From Nemertoderma westbladi (Eukaryota; Animalia; Xenacoelomorpha), in contig JAUCBJ010006232.1 in the NCBI GenBank assembly GCA_032718475.1, positions 1-60,284 of the forward strand: 60,284 nucleotides of DNA, written 5' to 3'. A program made the translations under genes and the position numbers. Below, one piece after another: positions 22,171-32,622 of this stretch. Position 1 is the first letter of the stretch; each line of letters starts with the position of its first letter. Under the pieces are notes generated by a model, which was given only the letters and a program-made list of their open reading frames with translations, had not been told where the DNA came from and searched no databases.

Positions 22171-25100
22171 ATTTGGAGGGGGCACGACTGTTGTGACGGG
22201 ATCAAGGGATCCCGACCAGATAGATTCACTACACGTCACCGTTGTTTTAGGGGTGGTGCTGGCAGTTTGGCCGAGGCCAATATGGAAAAACAGTGGGAGT
22301 TTGGTGTTATCTCCTGACGTCGTCTGATAGTAAAATAATATGTATGTGTAGTAGCACAATAACAGAATAACCGGTATGAGTAATTAGTCTGAATGTTGAT
22401 GACGTTTTGGTGACGGTGAGAAAATGTCACCAGTCTGTACTAGAAACCAATAACTGAACTGGACTGGTAACAACATAATAATATATATGTGATTACTTCT
22501 ATACTGCTGTGGCCTCTAACCTAGTGGATGCTTCCCTCGCCCCTATTGGCTAATAACCCACTTCGCGCCTCTCCACTCTCTGGGAGTGTTTCCCCCCCTG
22601 CTGTTGGCCCCTGCTGGTTGTTTCCCCTCCCGGGGTGATTTGACCTCTAACCTCCCTTTGTGTGGCTTTGGGGTTTGTGTTCTCCCCGTGTTGGTTGCGA
22701 TACGAGATTGGTTATTGCCAATCTCGTATCTCCAACATTGCTGAAAAGGTGCCACTTCCCATTTTATGAGGGTAATGCGGCAGAATTGAATCAGAATTGA
22801 ATCCGAATACAACTGTAGCACAGTTGGTCCACCAGTGGATGTTCCCGGTTGAATTTCGATAACCGTAGTTGCCGCCGGAACGGAATGACATAATAACTTC
22901 ACACCCTTTCGGAGTACGTTGGTGGGTGAAGATCTAGAGGAAGGGGTTAACGTTGATTGTACCGCTTTCTTGAGGATGGCGGCAGTGACCGGTCCTTTAA
23001 TGGTTTGTGATGAAGTCGTGACACCTCCTCTGTCTGAAACATATCTTAGAGGCTTGATTTGACGGTACGTAATGCGATCCGAAGTTTGTAATAACTCAGG
23101 ATTGGCGGCGACGAACTCATATCCAAGGTTGGAGTCTTTCTGAATAAAATCGATGAGGTTATAGGTTGTCAAATCACCGGGGTTCATACGGTGAAGGAAC
23201 GTGCGCATGTATTGAACATTGGTGAGCTCCGAAACCGTCAACAGTAGTTGGTAGTCAGGAAGGTGGGATTGTTGCGCTTCAATCGCAAAGGCGTAGGGGT
23301 TGAAGGCAAAGACTCCGCAATAGGAGCGGGAAGACTCATAATGGAGGCGCGTGATTTGGTGTAAATCCATGGAATGTTCCCACAATTTAATATACTTTAG
23401 TAGGGATGTTTCATCGTCCCATTGCGTCAAGTCAAAGTGGCAGGAGCCCGGGTAGTGTCCTTTTAATAGACATTTATCGCATTGTTCCAAAAATTGCGGG
23501 CAATTAATGAAAGTGTGATCCTTAAACAATGTACAATATGGACAATGAAAGGGTAGGTCAAAACATTGGGAACATGTCTGACAAATCTCACCGGTAGGTG
23601 GTGCTTTATGAGCACGGGAGCCTCATTGGATGCAGCGCTTCCGACCTTGGGATACGGCGGAACGAAAGGCAAATCGAGTTAATGGCTGTGGTCCAAGGTG
23701 CCACGGTATAACAAACTCACCATAATCATCTAACTCAGAAGTGGGATGGACGATTTTGGATTCTAAGACGTTGTCAACTGCGGAGTCATTTAAATAGGAA
23801 GCTAGCTGCTTATCCGAGGTTTGGACAATCGAGACTGAATAGCCAGACTTGAGGATGGGGCACTCGAGAATAGTGGAGTGCAGGTTTTGGACGCACACAT
23901 CCTTGAATATAGCGAAACCCTTTCAGTTTAAGTCCTCAAAGGTGGACAAACACTTATTTACCTGTCCCTTCAGAGCGGGGTCACAGAACTGACTGCCGAT
24001 GCTGAAGAAGGGGAATAAGAACCTTCAAAAACATTCACAACTTTGGAATTTCCCTTCACGATTGAGTTTAGCAAGTTGGGTACCAAGAAGTAAGGGGTGG
24101 GACCTCAGAGTCCTACTACAAGTATCGGCTAATCAACCTGATACAGCAGAGTTCTCGTAAATCATGTAAATGGCGAGAGAAGGCCGAAGAGGGATATCAG
24201 AATAAACATATTAGAATAAACAGCACTGGGAGTGGTCAAAGGACCATTGAAATAGTAACAGGAATAATTATCGCCATATAGGTTTAAATAACGGTTATAC
24301 CGACCTTCCTTGAAATCCCAACCGAGTTCATGGAACGAAATGTGTCCGATGCCGGTACGTTCAGCTCTGCGCATCCCATTGCCTACGCATTCGTAAATGA
24401 TGCGGAAGAAACCACATCCTGGGCCCACGGGAGGATCATTTGCGTGTCCGCAAAGGGCTAAGGGATATCTAGTAAGGAGGCAAAGGCAAAGGCAAAGGAA
24501 TATCACCGAACCGAGTTTACAGATCCTCTCATTGAACAATAAATCGAGAACGGGTTGGGGCAACATTGAAGGTTCAATGCCGAGCATAGGGTGATGCTTG
24601 GTTTCGATAACGTATCGGTAGGACTTCTCAAACTGTCCATGCGTGGTAGCAATTCCTGGAAGGATGGAGGGGTAAAGGATGCATCAGAGCTATGGGAGGT
24701 TCGCGTGAATACATGGGTGGCTCCGGTTAAACCATGGATATGTATTAATCGAGTAGTACCGAGTTCATCGTTCGATACGGAACCTTTGTTATCATATAGC
24801 ATTACGCCATATTGTTGGATAATCTCAAGAGTGTTGTTAAACTCGAGATACGCGACAGTTTCATCCACTTCAACTGGCGTCCGTAAGCTATTGAGGGATC
24901 CAATGGAGCCTTGGGCGATAACTACTGATTTGTAGCTTTGGACATTCTCTACGATGGATTTTCCTTTTAACGTGGTAGAGAGGTTATCTTCCTGGAACCA
25001 TACATCGATGTTTCCAGTGAATCAATCGATCACTAATGAAATTAGCAAGATTCCGAGGGGGCGTGGGTTTATCCTCGATGGTTTGTATGTTGAAAGGTTT

Positions 25101-25995
25101 ACGAAAGGCATTCAGTTTGATTATGTGATCTAGGTGATCGGCCCTTCCTCTTGGTAACGGGGAGCTATCTGTTCCTCCATGAAGAGGTCTCGGAAATACA
25201 TGGCTTCGGAGAAGCGGGGGTTGGTTGGAGATATCGTCATGGGTTTCACCATAGGCAACATCGGGCCGGGGGAAAACTCAGGAACATGGATCATGGGTTT
25301 ATGCACCCTCTGCAAGTTACGCAACCGTTTCTCATCGACGTTGAATCGATTCTCCTCAAACCTTCCGTATGTATACTTGACGAAGCTATGGCGGGAGTAT
25401 CGTCGACAGGGGTCATTCGCAGGTGTAGTGGAGACCTGTTGGTTGGGATGGGGGCATTGACCGCACAAGTACCAGAGCCGAAAGTCAGTTTTGTTCGGTG
25501 GTGGAGACTTTATACCTGACTTTCTATACTCCTCCATGTCGTAGAAGGCATCAGGAAGGACGGGGAGTGGGTGACCCTCGGTGAGATACATCATGGTGTG
25601 ATAGAGTCATGTGATCTCCTTTGCCGGGTTAGGATGAACGCCCCTGGGGTACAGAGTTGTAGATCCTGTTGACTTGCGACCTTTAGATACGTTTCGTGGA
25701 GAAAGGTGACATAGTCCTTGAAGCGGGAGAGATGAGAAGGATTATCGGTGTCATCATCCGCGATGTCAACACGAATATGATAGTCGTGTTGCGTTTGGGT
25801 CTCATTACTATGTTGCCGTTCAACCTGTAGTTTGAACATCTTGATGTCCCATTCGACATGCTGGTCATCGATGTCCCTTAAGTCCATGGGATGACCAGTG
25901 GTGAGGAAGCTGTTATAACTTCCATCGCGCTCAGTATACTTGAGAATGAACTCACGATATTGTTGTTCGATGTTGCGCTGTTCGGGGTTCATCAA
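22043..25995 (-). pseudogene. Long disrupted accessory ORF: unknown N-terminus, DEDDy (WRN/EXD2/mut-7-like) 3'-5' exonuclease-like domain, CCHC zinc knuckles, basic low-complexity tail
   Basis: Chain of same-strand ORFs. VMLYDNKG (ExoI-like), LPQPVLDLLFNERICKLGS, PLTTPSAVYSNMF (ExoIII spacing), then CIQ*GSRAH...C, CPYCTLFKDHTFINC and CDKCLLKGHYPGSC. Ends RKRPSKRKRSKNKH* at 22043. Confidence 0.55.
22330..22811 (+). mobile_element. Solo terminal-repeat unit of a probable Ngaro/DIRS-like (tyrosine recombinase) retroelement, inserted in the accessory ORF
   Basis: Absent from the homologous block near 7200. Shares ordered motifs with 57828-58280 (tttgacctct, tgtggctt, ttggttg-hairpin-ccaac, tgccact, cccatttt, gaattgaatccg..taca). 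Family assignment is from recalled similarity only. Confidence 0.45.
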
Positions 25996-26334
25996 ATTTC
26001 AAAAAAATGTAACGAAAATTGGCTTGTTCAACACATTTCGTACTGAAAAAATGCATATTTAGCAATACTTAACCAACTCCATCAGCTTGATTTTTCGTCT
26101 TTGGAATGTAATCTAGCTAGATACCATTAGGACCTGCTTTTAGATCTCAAACTAAAAACCGTAATTAGATAATACATAAAACAAACATTACATTATTCAC
26201 TGGTTGTGTTCAATCCTGATCGAAATTTGATCGAAAAGCGGTTTTACCACAATTTAATTTCTGTTTGATTCTCAAATTCTGGACTGTCATTTAATCTTTA
26301 TAAACCCGGAATGGTAAGTTAAAGAGTAATCGAA

Positions 26335-27800
26335 TGAAGCCTTCGACTCAGTCTCCCAACCACGTATGTTTGGCATACTGGCAGCATATGGGTTTCCTGA
26401 GGAAATTATTGCAGCTATCAGATCACTTTACGATATTTCCACCATGTTTGTGTCTACTGTCGATGGTGACACAGATCCATTCGAAGTCTTATGGGGAGTC
26501 CTTCATGGTGACACACCTGTATCATTCTTATTCGTAATTGTGGTTGATTATGTTCTACGCATCTCCTTAGACCATCTTAATAAAGATGGGGTGATGGTAA
26601 CACCCCTATTGACTGGGACAATAAGTAGAGGAAATCCAGCAAAGTACCTTACTGATCCAGACTTCGCTGATGACTTAGGGGTACTGCCAGAATCATTAGA
26701 GGGACGCCAAAGGCTCATCTGCTAATTGGAGCATGTTGTTTCTAATTTTGGTCTTTTTATAAATTCCAAGAAGACCAATATCATGACAGTGAACCTAGAC
26801 GCAGACATCCCCCAAGAAATGTCTGCCCATAAGGGCATAAGCTCTAGCGATGGCTTGCTTGTGCATGTGGATGACTTCTGCTACTTGGGTTCATGGATCA
26901 GAAAGACAGGGAGACCTTCGGATACATAAAGGGAAGGCATGGGCAATGTTAAATAGTATGTCCAGGATTTGGAAGTCCCATAGAATAAAACGGATCCTTA
27001 AGGTTCGATTATTTATGGCAGTAGTAGTACCAGTACTATCATCTATGCAGCTTCTAGGCAGCAGCTTGGTCTAGTGGTGACATTACTGTGCTTCCGATGA
27101 GGGAGCCCGGGTTCGATCCCTAGATGGGGAAGCACTGTTTGGGCACAGTGCTTTCAATGCTGCAGCCTAGCCCAACCCTGGCTTTCATCCTTCAGTGGTC
27201 GATAAATGGGAACCAAGGCAACTTGGGAAACAGAGTGGAAGGGTTTACTGTGGAAGATCACCCATGGTGGTGAACAGGCATTCCTTGGCTTAACGAGCCT
27301 AAAAGATTCTCCCATTCAGTACTATCATGAGAGTCCATGCTGGGCTCGAACTGCAGATGATACCAAATCTCTCGATGGAACTTTAACAAGAATGCTACGC
27401 CAGGTTCATTGTGTCAAACAAATACAACGCACACATCTCCAACCAGACACTATACAACATTTGAGTTGTTCCATTATTCTCCCCTAGCTTGACACTTGGA
27501 CGGATCCACCTCCGCTTTGCAGGACATTGCTTTCGCCGTGAGGACCAGCCAGTACATAATCTTGTGCTTTGGCAGCCTCATGGAGTGAATAATCATGGTG
27601 GACTGCCTATGCTTTTTTTGTTCTTAATGGACACTGGCCTTGAAGATGCGGATGATCTATCAAATGTGATGGGAGTTGTGGTGGCGCAATTTTGTCGACA
27701 AGCTGGCACAGCATTCTTAATAGAGTTGTGGTAGTGCAATTTTGTCGATAAGCCGGCACAGCATTCTTAATATACACGTATATGTAGTATATATACATAT
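26335..27800 (+). mobile_element. RTE-type LINE, older 5'-truncated copy (RT and 3' end), interrupted by a SINE
   Basis: Colinear with 35365-36490 (GVLHGDT, DFADDLG, DDFCYLGSWI, LRFAGHCFRR). Stops and frameshifts present. Confidence 0.9.
27043..27316 (+). mobile_element. tRNA-derived SINE with a Nin/Deu-like central domain
   Basis: A box tggtctagtgg (~27068), B box ggttcgatccc (27110-27120), and gctttcatccttcagtggtcgataaatgggaacc. Flanked by the 12-bp direct repeat cagtactatcat (27031-27042 and 27317-27328). Confidence 0.85.
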
Positions 27801-28904
27801 ATTGTATCCCAGTATCCATGCCGGTACTGCTGGGGTAAGCAGGTTGGGACTCACTAACCCTGGCTTCTTCTTTTCCAAGTATGTAGGAGGAGGGGACTTT
27901 GTCCTCAACCCACCAGAGTTAGTTACCAACCGAACGGTAGCTCTGTAGCTAGCAATCGGTATTTTGATCCGTTAACACCCGTTGCAGTAGATAAATATTC
28001 CTTAGTCAGGTCCCAGGTACGGTACTCACGGTATACCGTTAATAATTCTGCAGCAACGGTATAGCACCAATGTGGCGGCGCTGCAGTGTACAGTACCAAA
28101 CAGAATCAGTAAAAATAAAAAAAATAAAAAGTCCGCTAAAACTCTGCTACAACCGGGGTGCCTGGACCGCAAACGGTTACAGGCTCGTACCACCCGCAGA
28201 CATTTGTACAGCAGTAGTCAAAATCAAGGAAGTCAAAATCAAGTTTAAAATTTTGTAAATATCACAAAATGTAAAAATCACTCAAAGAGTGCAAAGTAGT
28301 ATGGTATTGTTTCCAAAATATGTTCTAGAAAAAAATAAGTTCTGGAACAAAAATATTTATCAAAATTGATAACTAACACTTGTTATAACTTGCTAAATTG
28401 TGTAATTTTATTTAATATTTCTTTGAAATTTTTATGAAACGTCCAACACGTAACATCTGACACCATTCCACACAACTTTGAATTGCAAATCAGCTTCAGA
28501 AAATCTGCAATGCAATTATGAAAACCTTTTCGAAAAATATAATAATTGTTGAGCCCTCCAGGACATATTACAACAGTAATTTGGAATTGATGTAAAAGTA
28601 AATCAAATGCGAACAAACAAAAACACATATTTAAGCTGACAGGCTCTGCAGCTGTGGGTTTTGGTTATGGGATAAGTGATATATTTATTGATACAATTAA
28701 CCCGTTGAGACGGGCTTAATAAAAATTTCCAGAACTGAGATCCGATTATATAAAAAAAATTTGAGAAATTGTCAAAATCCAGGAAATCAAAAATAAAGTT
28801 TTTTTTAATTTTTTTTTCTAAATTTTCAAAATATAAACAAATTGAAAAGTTTTTAAAAATATTTAAATTTCAAAAATTTATAAAAATTATTTAAAAATAA
28901 CTAT

Positions 28905-29525
28905 TATTACATACTTGTAAAGTAGCACTTTACAGTGTGATGATCCGAGTGGATTTGTTACACGAACGAACGTTAGTGAGTGAGTGAAAATAAAGCCACG
29001 AGGATCAGAACACTGTAAAGTACTTTGCAACAAGTATGTATGTAGTTCTATTCCAAAATTTTAACATTACGAAATGATTGTACATATACATTATAAGTGA
29101 TAGAAACTGCACAAATTAAATTAGTTGCTGTATAAATAATTGTAAAAATGACATAAATTATGTTATAAAAAAGTTAGCTTATATTTATGGTGGCATTTGG
29201 AGCCATGTTATAATTATATAACTAGGCCCTACTGGTTATTAATAGCTATACCCCGCTTACCGGTAGGTAATGAAGTCCTATCTGGCTGTCAGGCAAATTT
29301 CAACCTATTGTTTACGTGGCATCCAATGACGGCGTTAAGTAATGTCCCCTTAGTGGACATTACTTAACGCCGTCATGGGTTACCATGTAAACAATAACAC
29401 CAAATACAATACTAAATGTACAGTCCAATACAATGCTGTAATGTCCTCTAAAGTTGTAAAGTGCTAAATAACAACTCGCTGTTAATACTAACGGCGTTGA
29501 TTAATGTTATAATTTTGGAATAAAA
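28905..29525. mobile_element. Palindrome-rich non-autonomous DNA element (Crypton-like architecture)
   Basis: Terminal hairpin at 28908-29040 with loop gaacgaacgttagtgagtgagtg, central ~90-bp palindrome at 29306-29396, and inverted tattccaaaatt (~29049) / aattttggaata (~29511). Confidence 0.5.
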
Positions 29526-29549
29526 GATATTACAGCATAAAATTTAGGA

Positions 29550-29625
29550 TTAGGATTTTGTGATATTCTTGACATCAATGGGGATCGAGTTCCAAATAAC
29601 CGGCACTTGGTACTGCACGCACCAA
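29550..29625 (-). mobile_element. Short LINE ORF2 C-terminal remnant (L2/CR1 group)
   Basis: VQYQVPVIWNSIPIDVK resembles the Y.GP.IWNSLP..IK motif. Confidence 0.5.
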
Positions 29626-30252
29626 TTGTTAAAAAAGTTTGAAAAAGTTTGCCCCTTAGAATTGTTTTTGCCCCTTTTTGACCTCCCCCCCCCCCCCCCC
29701 CCCCCCTTCCCTGTTTTAAATTCCTGGCGCCGCCACTGGCAACAGTATCGGTAACTCTGCAACACCTTATGCTGTGACACCGAGAGTTGTAGGGTTTAGC
29801 GCAGGCAATTTGTAATCTTTAGCAATAAGTATGCTAAGACAGCAAGAATGGGTGCTTAACCGACAACAACAGCTGTTATTTGCACGGCTGTATAGGATAC
29901 TACTGTAGGCCTACATACAGTACTATCGCTCAGATAAACTATGAGCCTTTATTGTTCACACTTTATTGTCACCCTAATAATAATCATTTAATCATGTCAC
30001 CATGAACATATACAGGCTAGACAAGCCTGTTTTATATAGCCTGTTATTTTTTTTATATATTACTATAAAGTTACAATTTTTGTTTTCCGTTGAACATATG
30101 AACATATATTATAGTATTTTCTGAAATTTGGCATTATATATATATTTTATTATAAAATTTTGAGTTGAACTAAATATATTTTTGATCGATCAATATAAGC
30201 AAGAAAAATTATTTGGACACAGAGAAACTACATGTTCGTATCTGTTCAACCG

Positions 30253-30645
30253 TAAGTAATCATCGTTTTATTTAAGCAGGGACACGAAGTGCAACCCTGT
30301 TTAAATACTGTAAGTAAAATTATCTCATGCAGGACACATGTTAATCTAACTAACTACACCAAAAACCAGCTAAACACACACACTTACATATAAACAAAAT
30401 GGCATTGCATTTCCAGATCAAATAAGCAATCATTTCCTTAGCAACACTATAATGGTATAATTTGTCTAGTGCATGGTTGCTAAATATAATAAAAATAAAG
30501 TAATAGGAACGCATTTTAAACAACCATGTTCAGCATGTAACCAATGAAAAAATAATGAAAATGTAACCAATGTGATAATTTTACTTACAGTACTTAAACA
30601 GGGTTGCACTTCGTGTCCCTGCTTAAATAAAACGATGACTACTTA
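30253..30645. mobile_element. MITE with ~75-bp terminal inverted repeats
   Basis: aagtaatcatcgttttatttaagcagggacacgaagtgcaaccctgttt at the left end and its near-exact reverse complement at ~30575-30644. TA at both ends. Confidence 0.8.
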
Positions 30646-31178
30646 TTCCAATTAATTTTACTTGTTTGATATTGATCTGTCAAAAATATATTTCGTTCAA
30701 CTCAAATTGATATCCAAGAGACCGGATCATGCTGAATATGGTTGTTTAAAATGTGTTTCTATTCTATGTCTTCTATCTATTTTTATTATATTTTATTATA
30801 ATATATATAATAAATTTTATATAATTTTGGAAATAGAAGAAATCAAATCGCAAGTCCGGGATGATTTAACAATGCGGGGAAATTCAGGATTGCGAACCAT
30901 CAGCGAACGGTACTAATTCGACTATGGCCGCTTTCCAAAAGTGTGTGGTAGTTGTTGTAGTACTGTAGTAGAGGTAGGTTAGGTAGCTCTGAGCTCAGTA
31001 TATAGTCTATTATTATTGCACATTATATCGTTATCAATATCAGGACTAAATGGTATACATAAATAAAACGATTGATAGTCCAGAAAAAAGTGACAACAAA
31101 CTAATTTAATTATATATTTATCCCTTTAAGCTGACCATCTGGCACACATAGAGATAATATGTATTTCGTCCTGTAGCG

Positions 31179-31632
31179 AATGACTGCTGAGGACACAAAA
31201 TCTCTGGATGGCACATTCACAAGAATGCTACGCCGGGTTCATTGTGTCCAGTACAATGCACACATCTCCAACCAGACACTATACAACATTGGAGGTGTCT
31301 CATTGGTTCCCCCAAGCTTGACACTAGAACAAAGCTGCCTCCGCTTTGCAGGACATTGCTTTCGCCGTGAGAACCTGCCAGTGCATAATCTTGTGCTTTG
31401 GCGGCCTCATGGAGTGAATAAGCATGGTGGACAGCCCATGACTTTCTTGAGACGCATCTTAAAGGACTCTGGCCTTGAAGATGCGGATGATCTAGCAAAT
31501 ATCATGGGTGATAGGGAGTTGTGGAGGCGCAATTTTGTCGACAAGCCGACATAGCATTCTTCATATATACTATGTAATATATATATAATGCAGCTGTAGT
31601 AATGCAGCATGCTGATCGTAGTAGTAGTAGAA
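31179..31632 (+). mobile_element. RTE-type LINE 3' fragment
   Basis: Near-identical to 36088-36535, including the (TAG)n tail. Confidence 0.9.
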
Positions 31633-32622
31633 TGATTGTCACATGCTAGACGTGACAGATTTCAACTCTTAAGCAAGATAATGTGTAATAAATTATTGTC
31701 TTTTAATCGAAAGTATATATATGTGACCCTGCTTTAAAAGACTGAATACCCAACTTAATACTAAAAAAACAGAGTACAAAAGGAAGTCAATAAACCCAGG
31801 GTGCTTTTATTTTTAATAATAACATATTTGAATGTCCTCATCAGAGAAATCGTTAATCGAGTTTCATTGCAAACTTTACAAGGTTAGCAATTTATACCCC
31901 TGGAGCCGGACCTCCTACTTTAACTAAATTGTAGCTAGCTATGTATTGTATATAGATAAACTATTTATTTGAATTCCATGGTTAGCTGATTTCATTTTAG
32001 AGTTATATTTTAATGGATTGTTGCTCGATTATTAAATTAATATAAAAACAGAACATAAACGATTTATCTAAATATATAGATTAATTGGATAGAATATTTA
32101 TCAATTACAATAGTATGCTTTCATAGCTGTCAGAATACATTATTTATTTCCACATAGTAAATTCTGTAAAATATGATGGTAGTCGTATTGAAATATTACA
32201 AATTGATGAAACCGAAGACAAGAAGAAACTGAAGAAACAATCCATAATGCAGTGCGTTAAAAAATAGAAAACTTGGTTGGGTACACACCATGCTTGAATA
32301 ATTTCTCAAGCAAGTAATATTCACGTTCATCATGTTACCTAGAGTAATGCTAGCTAGGCCTTTGGGGTAGTTCAAGAAGTGCGTTGGCTTTTTTTAATAA
32401 TAGAGAATAGGTAGGTCCCTATAATAATAAAATACTTCAAGAAGACATTTTAATTATAATTTCGGAATTCTTTAATCCTCAAAATATTGTCGTTTTTTTA
32501 AATAAATTGGTCAAATGTTTTGGGTGAGTGGAATATACCTAAACCTAAAAACAATAAACCCGATGCTAATTTGCAATTCACGATTTACAAAAGTCAGATC
32601 ACCATTCACCAACAATGCGTGA
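31633..32622 (+). repeat. Duplicated flank (second copy at 36536-38462, which carries an extra ~1.1 kb)
   Basis: 31633-31730 matches 36536-36637, 31735-32323 matches 37728-38310, and 32537-32622 matches 38383-38462. Confidence 0.9.

Noticed and set aside
22395-22445. Penelope-type hammerhead ribozyme
   Set aside because: A hairpin and a GAAAC-like word are present but the CUGANGA core is missing.
27056-27130. tRNA gene
   Set aside because: Acceptor stem does not pair and the sequence continues into a SINE body with a TSD.
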